Source: Vibrio alginolyticus NBRC 15630 = ATCC 17749 (GTDB lineage Bacteria; Pseudomonadota; Gammaproteobacteria; Enterobacterales; Vibrionaceae). From it: DNA of 32,000 bases. This document shows positions 1 to 11,205 of this stretch, piece after piece. The notes below the pieces were generated by a model. The model did not search any database and had not been told where the DNA came from. It was given only the letters and a program-made list of their open reading frames with translations. Made by a program: the position numbers and the translations under genes. How positions within the stretch are numbered: the first letter of the stretch is position 1; every line of letters starts with the position of its first letter. The DNA lies in the NCBI RefSeq assembly GCF_000354175.2, contig NC_022349.1, positions 2,820,001 to 2,852,000 of the forward strand. Reading direction: 5' to 3'.

Positions 1-132
1 GTAACTCCTCAGCCGACAAACACTGCTCCTTCTTCTCCAGCTTCGTCGAGCCAAAGTTCTGCGGCTCCAAAGCAAGAAAAGGAAAGTGGTTATTTAGATA
101 TACCGGCATTTTTGCGTCGTCAGGCTGATTAA
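1..132 (+). CDS. ftsZ: Cell division protein FtsZ, C-terminal end (5' part outside window)
   Basis: Frame 1 is open from nt 1 to TAA at 130-132. It reads ...SSQSSAAPKQEKESGYLDIPAFLRRQAD*, the conserved FtsZ C-terminal peptide. It lies directly upstream of lpxC, as at the end of the dcw cluster. Confidence 0.85.
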   Translation, partial: VTPQPTNTAPSSPASSSQSSAAPKQEKESGYLDIPAFLRRQAD

Positions 133-233
133 TCTTTAACCCATAAATTTGACATGGCTCAAAATTATGGTAGCATTCACGGTCGACGTTACAGACGGCC
201 GTGTTTTGTAGCAAATTTTTGAGAGGCAAGCAG

Positions 234-1151
234 ATGATCAGACAACGTACTCTGAAAGAAATAGTGAAAACAACTGGTGTGGGTCTCCACTCTGGTCGTA
301 AAGTCACACTTACTCTGCGCCCGGCTGCTGCAAATACAGGTATCATTTACCGTCGTACAGATGTAAATCCACCTGTAGATTTTCCAGCTGATCCAGCTTC
401 GGTTCGTGACACCATGCTTTGTACTGCATTGGTAAACGATGAAGGTGTGCGTATTTCAACTGTTGAGCACTTGAATGCGGCACTTGCTGGTATGGGCATC
501 GATAACATTGTTGTCGAAGTAGACGCACCTGAAATTCCGATCATGGATGGTAGTGCAAGCCCATTTGTATACTTGCTACAACAAGCAGGTATCGAAACGC
601 AAAATGCGCCAAAACGCTTCATCCGCATCAAAAAGCCAGTTCGTTTTGAAGATGGTGATAAATGGGCAGAATTTGTACCATTTAACGGCTTCCGTATGGA
701 CTTCGAAATTGAGTTTAATCACCCAGCGATTGAATCAGACGAGCAACGTTTGCTGTTTGATTTCTCGTCAAAAGGCTTTGTTCGTGAGATTTCTCGAGCA
801 CGTACGTTTGGCTTTATGCGTGATATCGAATATCTACAATCTCAAAACCTAGTTTTGGGTGGTAGTTTTGACAATGCTATCGTTTTGGATGATTACCGTA
901 TTCTTAATGAAGAAGGTCTACGCTTTGAAAATGAGTTTGTGACTCACAAAGTGTTGGATGCGATTGGTGACCTTTACATGTGTGGCCACCCAATCATTGG
1001 TGAATTCCGTGCCTTTAAATCTGGCCACGGTTTAAATAACCAACTGTTACGTGCTGTTCTTGCAGATCAGGAAGCGTGGGAGTGGACTACATTCGAAGAA
1101 GAAGTCGGCTCACCAGTAGCATTCGCAGAACCAAATATGGTGCTTGCGTAA
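234..1151 (+). CDS. lpxC: UDP-3-O-acyl-N-acetylglucosamine deacetylase LpxC
   Basis: Track ORF 201-1151. I place the start at ATG 234 ([24 protein letters not shown]...), giving 305 aa. This matches the E. coli LpxC N-terminus (MIKQRTLKRIV) and length. The ftsZ-lpxC synteny is conserved. Confidence 0.95.
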   Translation: MIRQRTLKEIVKTTGVGLHSGRKVTLTLRPAAANTGIIYRRTDVNPPVDFPADPASVRDTMLCTALVNDEGVRISTVEHLNAALAGMGIDNIVVEVDAPEIPIMDGSASPFVYLLQQAGIETQNAPKRFIRIKKPVRFEDGDKWAEFVPFNGFRMDFEIEFNHPAIESDEQRLLFDFSSKGFVREISRARTFGFMRDIEYLQSQNLVLGGSFDNAIVLDDYRILNEEGLRFENEFVTHKVLDAIGDLYMCGHPIIGEFRAFKSGHGLNNQLLRAVLADQEAWEWTTFEEEVGSPVAFAEPNMVLA

Positions 1152-1172
1152 ATACTTGGCATTAGAATTAAT

Positions 1173-1200
1173 AAAAAACCAGGCTTATGCCTGGTTTTTT
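1173..1200. terminator. Bidirectional rho-independent terminator between lpxC (+) and dciA (-)
   Basis: aaaaaa-CCAGGC-ttat-GCCTGG-tttttt. A perfect 6-bp stem (1179-1184 / 1189-1194) is flanked by an A-run and a T-run, so it reads as hairpin plus U-tail on both strands. Confidence 0.7.
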
Positions 1201-1264
1201 GCTATTTGGCTTTAATCCTGGATTTATCAATAACATTCAAGTTTTCAGCATATTGAAATAACGT

Positions 1265-1723
1265 TCACTTACGATCTTCCTTTTCTGCTATATCGGCTAA
1301 TCGTTTTAAACGCTCTTGAATTTTCGGTGGCGCCATGTCGGCAATCGTCATTAATGACTTTGCTGCAGATGCGGTTAGTGGTGGACGCTTAGGTCTGTCG
1401 TCTTGTTGAAAGCGGTTTCGATATAGTGAAGGATTGATCCTCACTTCAACGCTCATCAGCTTGGCAAAGCCTTGAGTACGAAGTTTATTTAGGATCATGA
1501 GGCGATCGTAATCGATCTTCATTTTGATCGCGGCACTAGAGACATCGATCAATAGATGGCCGTTACGAACATTCGCTACTCGGCAATGATCGGCCGTCCC
1601 CGTGGGTAAGACCTCTTGCAAAGCTTGGTTAAGCTGTAAGATTTCTCCAGCATGTTCTTGAATCTGCTTGAACTGTGACTCAGCAATAACATCTTCAGTC
1701 GAGGTTGGACGGTGATCACGCAT
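1265..1723 (-). CDS. dciA: DciA-family (DUF721) replicative-helicase loader candidate
   Basis: 152-aa ORF. The central pattern HCRVANVRNGHLLIDVSSAAIKMKIDYDRLMILNKLR fits the DUF721 core as I remember it. A DUF721/DciA gene in the lpxC-secA interval is also the arrangement I recall from Pseudomonas and Vibrio. Family assignment is from memory, not a search. Confidence 0.65.
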   Translation of the reverse strand: MRDHRPTSTEDVIAESQFKQIQEHAGEILQLNQALQEVLPTGTADHCRVANVRNGHLLIDVSSAAIKMKIDYDRLMILNKLRTQGFAKLMSVEVRINPSLYRNRFQQDDRPKRPPLTASAAKSLMTIADMAPPKIQERLKRLADIAEKEDRK

Positions 1724-2130
1724 AGGTAAAATCTAATTTTGTTGAGATATAGCTATTCTAGAGCAGCTTTCTATCAAGGTATAGTTTACATTAACGTCTT
1801 TAGCTTCAGTTTTACAATGTAGCAAGGTAAAAAGCAAAGTTTGCTCTGGATGGATTACACATATTGCGGTATGCAATATCGGCTAATCAGTCACCACTTT
1901 AAGTAAAAACTTCAGAGTGCTTCAAACAAATACGTCTATTTATGGTTGTATCGATTAAAAATCCTTACACTAAGCCACATTGTTTCAAAACTTAGCCTTG
2001 AAATATGGATGTTTGAACTCAATATCTTTGATAAATGATTTATCTCAGTATTCTTAGTTCCAAACTGGCAGAGACTGAAGGCATTATGAGTAGATCGGGA
2101 ACGGTCTGAATAAAGAGAGATTCACGAAAA

Positions 2131-4860
2131 ATGATAACTAAGCTACTGACAAAAGTGATTGGCAGTCGCAACGACCGAACACTGCGCCGCCTTAGAAAAA
2201 TTGTAAAAGAAATTAATAACTTTGAGCCAACATTCGAAGCTCTAAGTGACGAAGAGTTAAAAGCAAAGACGGTTGAGTTCCGTGAGCGCCTAGAGAAGGG
2301 TGAAACTCTTGATAAACTACTTCCAGAAGCTTTTGCTACGGTTCGTGAAGCATCTAAGCGTGTCTACGGTATGCGCCACTTCGACGTCCAGCTTATCGGT
2401 GGTATGGTTCTAAATGCGGGTCAAATCGCTGAAATGCGTACGGGTGAAGGTAAAACGCTGACGGCAACGCTCCCTGCTTACCTAAATGCCCTAGCTGGTA
2501 AAGGCGTTCATATTGTAACAGTGAACGATTATCTAGCTAAACGTGATGCAGAGACAAACCGCCCTCTGTTTGAATTTTTAGGTATGACTGTTGGCGTAAA
2601 CGTGCCAAACATGCCTCCTCAAGAGAAAAAAGAAGCGTACCAAGCTGACATCTTGTACGGAACGAACAATGAATTTGGTTTTGACTACCTTCGTGACAAT
2701 ATGGCTTTCCGTAGCGAAGATCGCGTACAACGTGAACGCTTCTTTGCAGTTGTCGATGAGGTGGACTCAATCCTAATTGATGAAGCTCGTACCCCTTTAA
2801 TCATTTCTGGTCCTGCTGAAGATAGCTCTGAGCTATACACCCGAATCAACCTTTTGATCCCGCATCTTAAAAAGCAAGACAAAGAAGACTCTGAAGAATA
2901 TCGTGGTGATGGTCACTACACTGTTGATGAGAAATCAAAGCAAGTATACCTCACAGAAACGGGCCAAGAGTACGTTGAAGAACTGTTGGTGAAAAATGGT
3001 CTTATGGAAGAGGGTGACACACTTTACTCTCCGACTAACATCAGCATGTTACATCACGTGAATGCCGCTTTGCGTGCTCATGTGTTGTTTGAGCGCAACG
3101 TTGATTACATCGTTACTGACGAAGGTGAAGTAGTAATTGTTGATGAACATACTGGTCGTACAATGCCAGGTCGTCGTTGGTCTGAAGGTCTTCACCAAGC
3201 AGTAGAAGCGAAAGAAGGCGTTAAGATTCAAAACGAAAACCAAACTTTGGCTTCGATTACCTTCCAGAACTATTTCCGCTTATACGAAAAACTGTCTGGT
3301 ATGACAGGTACTGCGGATACTGAAGCGTTTGAGTTCCAATCTATTTATGGCTTGGAAACGGTGGTTATCCCAACCAACAAACCAATGATTCGTAACGATA
3401 TGCCGGATGTAGTGTACCGTACCGAAGCTGAGAAGTTTGCTGCAATCATTGAAGATATCAAAGAGCGCGTTGCGAAAGGTCAGCCAACATTGGTTGGTAC
3501 CGTATCGATTGAAAAATCAGAACTTCTTTCTAACGCATTGAAGAAGGCTAAGATCAAACACAACGTATTGAATGCAAAATTCCATGAGAAGGAAGCGGAA
3601 ATTGTCGCTGAAGCGGGTATGCCTGGTGCGGTAACTATCGCGACCAACATGGCCGGTCGTGGTACGGACATTGTGCTTGGCGGTAGTTGGCAATCAAAAG
3701 TGGAAGCTTTGGAGAACCCAACTCAAGAACAAATCGATGCGATTAAAGCAGAGTGGAAAGTGGTACATGATCAAGTACTAGATGCTGGTGGTCTACACAT
3801 CATTGGTACTGAGCGCCACGAATCTCGCCGTATTGATAACCAGCTACGTGGTCGTTCTGGTCGTCAAGGTGATGCGGGTTCATCGCGCTTCTACCTATCT
3901 ATGGAAGACTCTTTGTTACGTATTTTCACTTCTGATCGTATGGCGAGCCTTATTCAAAGTGGTATGGAAGAAGGTGAAGCTATTGAATCGAAAATGCTTT
4001 CTCGCTCAATTGAAAAAGCACAGCGCAAAGTGGAAGGTCGTAACTTTGATATCCGTAAGCAGCTACTAGAATACGATGATGTGGCGAACGATCAGCGTAA
4101 GGTTGTCTACGAGCTGCGCGACGAATTGATGAACGTTGAAGACATCAGCGGTATGATCGAGCAAAACCGTGAAGATGTGCTAACCGCGGTTATTGATGAG
4201 TACATCCCGCCACAATCACTAGAAGATATGTGGGACGTTGAAGGTCTGCAAGAGCGCTTGAAAGCAGACTTCGATCTTGATGCGCCAGTGAAGCAATGGC
4301 TTGAAGAAGACGATAAGCTTTACGAAGAGGCGCTACGCGAGAAGATCATCAATCTAGCCGTTGAAGTGTACAAAGAGAAAGAGGAAGTGGTGGGTGCGCA
4401 AGTGCTTCGTAACTTCGAGAAATCGGTTATGCTTCAAACTCTGGATACGCTTTGGAAAGAGCACTTGGCAGCAATGGATCACTTGCGTCAGGGTATTCAC
4501 TTACGCGGCTATGCGCAGAAGAACCCGAAACAGGAATACAAGCGTGAATCGTTTGAACTGTTTGAAGGTCTACTAGAAGCGCTGAAAACTGATGTGATTA
4601 CTGTTCTATCTCGCGTTCGAGTTCAGCAACAAGAAGAAGTTGAACGTATGGAAGAGCAACGTCGTGCGCAAGCTGAAGAGGCCGCTCGTCGTGCTCAAGC
4701 GCAACACGCAGCAGCACAAAACCCTCTTTCTGAAGGTGAAGAATCTGAAGAAGGTTCAAGTCAGCCAATGGTACGTGATGAACGTAAAGTAGGTCGCAAT
4801 GAGCCTTGCCCTTGTGGTAGTGGTAAGAAGTATAAACAGTGCCACGGCAAGATCGACTAA
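2131..4860 (+). CDS. secA: Preprotein translocase ATPase SecA
   Basis: 909-aa ORF. N-terminus [25 protein letters not shown]; Walker [10 protein letters not shown]; DEVD motif ([23 protein letters not shown]); C-terminal zinc-binding tail [16 protein letters not shown] agagaga lies upstream of the ATG. Confidence 0.97.
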   Translation: MITKLLTKVIGSRNDRTLRRLRKIVKEINNFEPTFEALSDEELKAKTVEFRERLEKGETLDKLLPEAFATVREASKRVYGMRHFDVQLIGGMVLNAGQIAEMRTGEGKTLTATLPAYLNALAGKGVHIVTVNDYLAKRDAETNRPLFEFLGMTVGVNVPNMPPQEKKEAYQADILYGTNNEFGFDYLRDNMAFRSEDRVQRERFFAVVDEVDSILIDEARTPLIISGPAEDSSELYTRINLLIPHLKKQDKEDSEEYRGDGHYTVDEKSKQVYLTETGQEYVEELLVKNGLMEEGDTLYSPTNISMLHHVNAALRAHVLFERNVDYIVTDEGEVVIVDEHTGRTMPGRRWSEGLHQAVEAKEGVKIQNENQTLASITFQNYFRLYEKLSGMTGTADTEAFEFQSIYGLETVVIPTNKPMIRNDMPDVVYRTEAEKFAAIIEDIKERVAKGQPTLVGTVSIEKSELLSNALKKAKIKHNVLNAKFHEKEAEIVAEAGMPGAVTIATNMAGRGTDIVLGGSWQSKVEALENPTQEQIDAIKAEWKVVHDQVLDAGGLHIIGTERHESRRIDNQLRGRSGRQGDAGSSRFYLSMEDSLLRIFTSDRMASLIQSGMEEGEAIESKMLSRSIEKAQRKVEGRNFDIRKQLLEYDDVANDQRKVVYELRDELMNVEDISGMIEQNREDVLTAVIDEYIPPQSLEDMWDVEGLQERLKADFDLDAPVKQWLEEDDKLYEEALREKIINLAVEVYKEKEEVVGAQVLRNFEKSVMLQTLDTLWKEHLAAMDHLRQGIHLRGYAQKNPKQEYKRESFELFEGLLEALKTDVITVLSRVRVQQQEEVERMEEQRRAQAEEAARRAQAQHAAAQNPLSEGEESEEGSSQPMVRDERKVGRNEPCPCGSGKKYKQCHGKID

Positions 4861-4884
4861 CGTATTAGTCAGATAATTTTTTAA

Positions 4885-4910
4885 AGAGTCGCCTAGGCGG
4901 CTCTTTTTTT
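4885..4910 (+). terminator. Rho-independent terminator after secA
   Basis: agagtcgcc-ta-ggcggctct. The stem has one G-U pair and the innermost pair probably opens to form the loop. It is followed by a T-run at 4904-4910, 25 nt after the secA stop. Confidence 0.65.
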
Positions 4911-5015
4911 AAGCAAATTCTGTGGCTGTCGAATTTCATAAGTTTTGATAGCATCGGATAGTTTTAGAGATGCAAAGACCGTTGAAGTGTAACGGCTTGA
5001 GAGTTAGGAACCCCT

Positions 5016-5414
5016 ATGAAAAGAATTCACATAGTCGCGGCTATTATTTTTAACCAAGACAAATCAAAAATTTTTATTACAAAGCGTCCAGACGACAAGC
5101 ATAAAGGCGGGTTTTGGGAGTTTCCCGGCGGGAAAGTCGAGTCAGGAGAAAGTATTGAACATGCTCTAGCAAGAGAACTTGAAGAAGAGGTAGGAATTGA
5201 AGTTACTGAGCAAGCCCTTTTCGAGCATTTGGAATATGACTATCCAGACAAATCACTTAAGTTTGATTTTATTACGGTATCTAAGTTCAGTAATGAGCCT
5301 TACGGCCGAGAAGGTCAAGAAGGTCGCTGGGTTGAGATAAGAGAATTGGGTAACTATGCCTTTCCTGAAGCGAACGTGCCTATCTTGGAGCGTGTCGTAA
5401 AAGAGTTCGCTTAA
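5016..5414 (+). CDS. mutT: 8-oxo-dGTP diphosphatase MutT (Nudix hydrolase)
   Basis: 132-aa ORF with a complete Nudix box GGKVESGESIEHALARELEEEVGI (Gx5Ex7REUxEExGU). SD aggaa precedes the ATG. secA-mutT synteny is as in E. coli. Confidence 0.85.
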   Translation: MKRIHIVAAIIFNQDKSKIFITKRPDDKHKGGFWEFPGGKVESGESIEHALARELEEEVGIEVTEQALFEHLEYDYPDKSLKFDFITVSKFSNEPYGREGQEGRWVEIRELGNYAFPEANVPILERVVKEFA

Positions 5415-5455
5415 GCCTGATGAACTTGCTTGTGGTAACCACGGTATGTTGTTAG

Positions 5456-6334
<879 letters not shown>

Positions 6335-6348
6335 ATACATAATTATTC

Positions 6349-6370
6349 GCCGGCGGTAGCCGGCTTTTTT
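6349..6370 (+). terminator. Rho-independent terminator after dapB
   Basis: GCCGGC-ggta-GCCGGC-tttttt. Perfect 6-bp GC stem (6349-6354 / 6359-6364) plus a T6 run, 15 nt after the dapB stop. Confidence 0.8.
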
Positions 6371-6681
6371 ATATCTATAGAATTATTTGTAAATGAAATG
6401 ATTCTAACAGAAAGTATTTTGGTGCTTACTTTTGTCGTTGTTTTGGTTGTTTTGTGGGTGTTTTGGGTTTTGATATCTAAAAACTAATGTCTTTTTTGTC
6501 GAGTGAACGTTTGCGTGAAAAATTCATACTTTTTTGTGATCTCTAAAAAGTTCAAATTTGTAAAATTCATTAAACCTCTATGCCTCTCTATGTAATAGCA
6601 TGTAAAAGTTATCTTTTTGGGCCTTACTGATTCAAAATGACCTTACTCGCTAGAAATTAATCATTTATTTTTGATTGTAGG

Positions 6682-6710
6682 TTGACAGGTTTCGAGTCCA
6701 ACTTTAGAAT
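6682..6710 (+). promoter_or_regulatory. Candidate sigma-70 promoter for carAB
   Basis: TTGACA (6682-6687), a 17-nt spacer, then TAGAAT (6705-6710). The -35 is a perfect consensus and the -10 matches 5 of 6. It sits about 100 nt upstream of the carA start. Confidence 0.45.
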
Positions 6711-6768
6711 ACCGCCAATTTGTCTGAAATACCTATTTATGTAGATTTTATAGGTAAAGGAAGGCATG

Positions 6769-6807
6769 TTTGCAGTTTGATTTATTTTTTTTGCATTTTT
6801 ATTCTGG
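6769..6807 (+). promoter_or_regulatory. Candidate tandem ARG boxes (ArgR operator) overlapping the carA SD
   Basis: Two 18-mers, tttgcagtttgatttatt (6769-6786) and tttgcatttttattctgg (6790-6807), are separated by exactly 3 bp. Against the E. coli ARG-box consensus WNTGAATWWWWATTCANW they show 4 and 3 mismatches in the 16 specified positions. Two boxes 3 bp apart is the canonical ArgR operator geometry. Confidence 0.35.
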
Positions 6808-6815
6808 AGGTTGTC

Positions 6816-7955
6816 TTGGGTAAATTAGCACTGTTGGTCCTAGAAGATGGGACAGTGTTCCGCGGAGTGTCCATAGGGGCAGATGGTCTTTCCGTTGGTG
6901 AAGTCGTTTTTAATACCTCGATGACGGGGTATCAAGAAATCCTCACTGATCCTTCCTATTCTCAGCAAATCGTCACTCTCACTTATCCTCACATTGGCAA
7001 TACCGGAACCACTTCCGAAGATGAAGAATCCTCTTCCATTCATGCACAAGGCCTTGTGATTCGCGATCTTCCTCTAATCGCTTCTAACTTCCGTAACGAA
7101 CAATCCCTCTCTGATTATCTTAAGTCTCAAAATATCGTTGGCATCGCTGATATCGATACTCGTAAGCTCACTCGTATCCTGCGTGAAAAAGGTGCTCAAA
7201 ACGGCTGTATTGTTGCGGGCAACAACCTCGACGAAGCTTTGGCACTAGCGAAAGCAAAAGAATTCCCAGGCTTAAAAGGAATGGACCTTGCGAAAGAAGT
7301 TACAACAAAAGAAGCGTATCAATGGAAGCAAGGTTCGTGGACGCTTGAAGGTGGACTTCCAGAGGCGAAAGATGACAGCGAGCTGCCATACCACGTTGTC
7401 GCTTACGACTTCGGCGCAAAACGCAACATCTTACGAATGTTGGTTGACCGTGGCTGCCGCTTAACGGTTGTACCTGCAGAAACGTCAGCGGAAGAAGTTC
7501 TGGCACTAAATCCAGATGGCGTATTCTTATCAAACGGCCCTGGTGACCCAGAACCATGTACTTACGCGATTGAAGCAACCAAAGTGTTCCTAGAAAAAGG
7601 CCTGCCAATTTTTGGTATTTGTCTAGGTCACCAAATTCTGGCGCTAGCATCAGGTGCGCAAACGGTGAAAATGAAGTTTGGTCACCACGGTGCAAACCAC
7701 CCAGTAAAAGATTTAGAGCGTAACGTTGTGATGATTACCTCGCAAAACCACGGCTTTGCGGCAGATGAAGCAACATTACCGGAAAACTTACGTGCTACTC
7801 ACGTATCGCTATTTGATGGCTCTTTGCAAGGTATCCACCGCACAGACAAGCCAGCATTTAGCTTCCAAGGTCACCCAGAAGCGAGCCCTGGTCCACATGA
7901 CGCGGCACCGCTATTTGACCACTTTATCGAACTAATCAAAAAACACAGCGCTTAA
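6816..7955 (+). CDS. carA: Carbamoyl-phosphate synthase small (glutaminase) subunit CarA
   Basis: The track ORF starts at 6720, but the homologous part begins at [17 protein letters not shown] (E. coli: [17 protein letters not shown]). TTG at 6816 lies 5 nt after SD GGAGG (6806-6810), giving 379 aa. The catalytic GICLGHQ motif is present. The carB 3'UTR complementarity ends exactly at this start. Confidence 0.92.
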   Translation: MGKLALLVLEDGTVFRGVSIGADGLSVGEVVFNTSMTGYQEILTDPSYSQQIVTLTYPHIGNTGTTSEDEESSSIHAQGLVIRDLPLIASNFRNEQSLSDYLKSQNIVGIADIDTRKLTRILREKGAQNGCIVAGNNLDEALALAKAKEFPGLKGMDLAKEVTTKEAYQWKQGSWTLEGGLPEAKDDSELPYHVVAYDFGAKRNILRMLVDRGCRLTVVPAETSAEEVLALNPDGVFLSNGPGDPEPCTYAIEATKVFLEKGLPIFGICLGHQILALASGAQTVKMKFGHHGANHPVKDLERNVVMITSQNHGFAADEATLPENLRATHVSLFDGSLQGIHRTDKPAFSFQGHPEASPGPHDAAPLFDHFIELIKKHSA

Positions 7956-7971
7956 TTCGGAGTAGTAGATA

Positions 7972-10900
7972 ATGCCAAAACGTACTGACATTCAAAGTAT
8001 TCTAATTCTTGGTGCTGGTCCGATTGTTATCGGTCAGGCATGTGAGTTTGACTACTCTGGCGCACAAGCGTGTAAAGCTCTTCGCGAAGAAGGCTACCGA
8101 GTTATCCTAGTTAACTCTAATCCAGCAACGATTATGACTGACCCAGAGATGGCAGATGCGACTTACATCGAGCCGATTCAGTGGGAAGTTGTACGCAAGA
8201 TCATCGAGAAAGAACGTCCTGATGCAGTTCTGCCAACTATGGGTGGTCAGACAGCACTTAACTGTGCGTTAGATTTAGAGAAGCACGGCGTTCTCGCAGA
8301 GTTTGGCGTAGAGATGATTGGTGCAACGGCTGATGCAATCGACAAAGCGGAAGACCGTTCTCGTTTTGATAAAGCGATGAAGTCTATCGGCCTTGAGTGT
8401 CCTCGCGCAGATACAGCGAAGAGCATGGAAGAAGCTTACAAAGTTTTAGATATGGTTGGCTTCCCTTGTATCATCCGTCCATCGTTCACCATGGGTGGCA
8501 CTGGTGGTGGTATCGCGTACAACAAAGAAGAGTTCGAAGAAATCTGTCGTCGTGGTCTGGACTTATCTCCGACCAACGAACTTCTTATCGATGAGTCACT
8601 CATCGGTTGGAAAGAGTACGAAATGGAAGTCGTTCGTGACAAAGCGGACAACTGTATCATCGTATGTTCAATCGAGAACTTTGACCCAATGGGCATCCAT
8701 ACGGGTGACTCAATCACGGTTGCTCCAGCACAAACACTGACTGACAAAGAATACCAGCTTATGCGTAATGCATCGCTAGCTGTTCTGCGTGAAATCGGTG
8801 TTGAAACAGGTGGTTCAAACGTACAGTTTGGTATCAACCCGAAAGATGGTCGTATGGTCATCATCGAGATGAACCCGCGTGTATCTCGCTCTTCTGCGCT
8901 AGCATCAAAAGCAACAGGCTTCCCAATTGCGAAAATTGCCGCGAAACTGGCTGTTGGCTTTACGCTAGACGAACTACAAAACGACATCACAGGTGGTGCA
9001 ACACCTGCGTCATTTGAACCAACTATCGACTACGTCGTAACTAAGATCCCTCGCTTTAACTTCGAGAAATTTGCTGGTGCAAACGATCGTCTGACAACTC
9101 AGATGAAATCGGTTGGTGAGGTAATGGCGATTGGTCGTAACCAACAAGAATCTCTTCACAAAGCACTGCGTGGCCTAGAAGTTGGCGCAACTGGTTTTGA
9201 TGAGATGGTCGATCTGGAAGCGCCAGATGCACTGACTAAGATTCGTCACGAACTTAAAGAAGCAGGTGCAGAGCGTATCTGGTACATCGCCGATGCATTC
9301 CGAGCGGGTATGTCAGTCGACGGTGTGTTCAACTTGACTCAAATCGACCGCTGGTTCCTGGTTCAAATCGAAGAAATTGTAAAACTCGAAGAACAAGTCA
9401 AGGCGGGCGGCTACGCAGGTTTGACCAAAGAAGTGCTTCGTCAGATGAAACGCAAAGGCTTCTCTGATGCTCGCTTGTCTAAATTGCTTGGTGTCGCTGA
9501 AAGTGAAATTCGCCGTGCTCGTGAGCAGTTTGATATTCATCCGGTTTACAAACGTGTGGATACATGTGCAGCAGAGTTTTCTTCTGACACGGCTTACATG
9601 TACTCATCTTACGATGAAGAATGTGAAGCAAACCCAACAGACAAAGATAAGATCATGGTTCTTGGTGGCGGTCCAAACCGTATCGGCCAAGGTATCGAAT
9701 TCGATTACTGTTGTGTTCATGCATCACTTGCGCTGCGTGAAGACGGTTACGAAACCATTATGGTTAACTGTAACCCAGAAACGGTATCTACTGACTACGA
9801 TACGTCTGATCGTCTGTACTTCGAGCCAGTAACTCTGGAAGATGTACTGTCTATCGCTCGCGTTGAAAAACCAAAAGGTGTGATTGTTCAGTACGGTGGT
9901 CAAACGCCACTTAAACTGGCTCGTGCTCTAGAAGCGGCTGGTGTGCCAATCATTGGTACTAGCCCAGATGCTATCGACCGTGCGGAAGACCGCGAACGCT
10001 TCCAAGCCGCTGTTGACCGTTTAGGTCTACTTCAGCCAGAAAACGCGACAGTAACAACGATGGAGCAAGCGGTTGAGAAATCGAAAGAAATTGGCTTCCC
10101 ATTAGTTGTTCGTCCATCTTATGTACTCGGTGGTCGTGCGATGGAAATCGTATACGACGAGCAAGACCTGCGTCGCTACTTCAACGAAGCAGTAAGCGTA
10201 TCGAACGAGTCTCCAGTTCTGCTAGACCGTTTCTTGGATGATGCAACCGAAGTTGATATTGATGCTATCTGTGACGGTGAACGCGTCGTTATCGGTGGTA
10301 TCATGGAGCACATCGAACAAGCGGGTGTTCACTCTGGTGACTCTGCATGTTCACTGCCTGCATACACGCTAAGTCAGGAAATTCAAGACAAGATGCGTGA
10401 GCAAGTTGAGAAGTTAGCATTCGAACTCGGTGTACGCGGTTTGATGAACACGCAGTTTGCTGTGAAAGACAACGACGTTTATCTAATTGAAGTGAACCCT
10501 CGTGCTGCTCGTACGGTACCATTCGTATCGAAAGCGACAGGCGCTCCTCTAGCGAAAATCGCTGCACGTGTAATGGCGGGTCAATCTCTAGAGTCACAAG
10601 GCTTTACTAAAGAGATTATCCCTCCTTACTACTCAGTGAAAGAAGTGGTTCTGCCGTTCAACAAATTCCCTGGTGTTGACCCTCTATTGGGCCCTGAAAT
10701 GCGCTCAACAGGTGAAGTAATGGGTGTGGGTGCAACGTTCGCAGAAGCTTACGCGAAAGCAGAGCTAGGTTGTGGTGCGGTTTATCCTGAAGGTGGTCGT
10801 GCGCTACTGTCTGTACGTGAAGGTGATAAAGAGCGTGTTGTTGACCTAGCTTCTAAGTTAGTGAAACTGGGTTACCAGTTGGATGCGACACACGGTACTG

Positions 10901-11205
10901 CTGTAATTCTGGGCGAAGCGGGTATTAACCCACGTTTGGTAAACAAAGTACACGAAGGTCGTCCACACATTCTTGACCGCATCAAGAACAACGAATACAC
11001 CTATATCGTAAACACGGCTGCTGGTCGTCAAGCGATTGAAGATTCGAAAGTTCTACGCCGTGGTGCACTGGCAGAAAAAGTGAACTACACAACGACACTG
11101 AATGCAGCGTTCGCTACATGTATGTCTCATACTGCAGACGCAAAAGCGTCAGTAACTTCGGTTCAAGAGTTGCACGCTAAAGTGAAAGCGAGTCTAGACG
11201 CGTAA
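7972..11205 (+). CDS. carB: Carbamoyl-phosphate synthase large subunit CarB
   Basis: 1077-aa ORF. N-terminus [42 protein letters not shown]. The duplicated ATP-grasp halves are visible (second half ...[24 protein letters not shown]...). It starts 16 nt after the carA stop. Confidence 0.97.
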   Translation: MPKRTDIQSILILGAGPIVIGQACEFDYSGAQACKALREEGYRVILVNSNPATIMTDPEMADATYIEPIQWEVVRKIIEKERPDAVLPTMGGQTALNCALDLEKHGVLAEFGVEMIGATADAIDKAEDRSRFDKAMKSIGLECPRADTAKSMEEAYKVLDMVGFPCIIRPSFTMGGTGGGIAYNKEEFEEICRRGLDLSPTNELLIDESLIGWKEYEMEVVRDKADNCIIVCSIENFDPMGIHTGDSITVAPAQTLTDKEYQLMRNASLAVLREIGVETGGSNVQFGINPKDGRMVIIEMNPRVSRSSALASKATGFPIAKIAAKLAVGFTLDELQNDITGGATPASFEPTIDYVVTKIPRFNFEKFAGANDRLTTQMKSVGEVMAIGRNQQESLHKALRGLEVGATGFDEMVDLEAPDALTKIRHELKEAGAERIWYIADAFRAGMSVDGVFNLTQIDRWFLVQIEEIVKLEEQVKAGGYAGLTKEVLRQMKRKGFSDARLSKLLGVAESEIRRAREQFDIHPVYKRVDTCAAEFSSDTAYMYSSYDEECEANPTDKDKIMVLGGGPNRIGQGIEFDYCCVHASLALREDGYETIMVNCNPETVSTDYDTSDRLYFEPVTLEDVLSIARVEKPKGVIVQYGGQTPLKLARALEAAGVPIIGTSPDAIDRAEDRERFQAAVDRLGLLQPENATVTTMEQAVEKSKEIGFPLVVRPSYVLGGRAMEIVYDEQDLRRYFNEAVSVSNESPVLLDRFLDDATEVDIDAICDGERVVIGGIMEHIEQAGVHSGDSACSLPAYTLSQEIQDKMREQVEKLAFELGVRGLMNTQFAVKDNDVYLIEVNPRAARTVPFVSKATGAPLAKIAARVMAGQSLESQGFTKEIIPPYYSVKEVVLPFNKFPGVDPLLGPEMRSTGEVMGVGATFAEAYAKAELGCGAVYPEGGRALLSVREGDKERVVDLASKLVKLGYQLDATHGTAVILGEAGINPRLVNKVHEGRPHILDRIKNNEYTYIVNTAAGRQAIEDSKVLRRGALAEKVNYTTTLNAAFATCMSHTADAKASVTSVQELHAKVKASLDA

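Noticed and set aside
201-233. Upstream start ([11 protein letters not shown]) for lpxC
   Set aside because: ATG 234 gives the conserved [10 protein letters not shown]-terminus and the canonical 305-aa length. The 11 extra residues are not LpxC-like.
6750-6812. A second (P2-like) carAB promoter overlapping the ARG boxes, as in E. coli
   Set aside because: I could not find a -35/-10 pair with acceptable spacing that would still leave the SD on the transcript. The only candidates (e.g. TTGATT ... TATTCT) would start transcription about 5 nt before the start codon.
6720-6815. N-terminal extension of the carA ORF in the track ([32 protein letters not shown]...)
   Set aside because: The extension has no similarity to CarA and runs through the putative ARG boxes and the SD. 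Homology begins at [15 protein letters not shown] 6816 has a proper GGAGG SD and is the end point of the carB 3'UTR complementarity.
8436-8990. 184-aa minus-strand ORF inside carB, and similar ORFs at 5452-5886, 5915-6340, 7300-7695, 9467-9832, 10301-10597, 22562-22909, 23521-23856 and 27295-27636
   Set aside because: All lie antisense or out of frame within long, confidently identified genes. They have low-complexity or odd composition and no SD. They are typical shadow ORFs.
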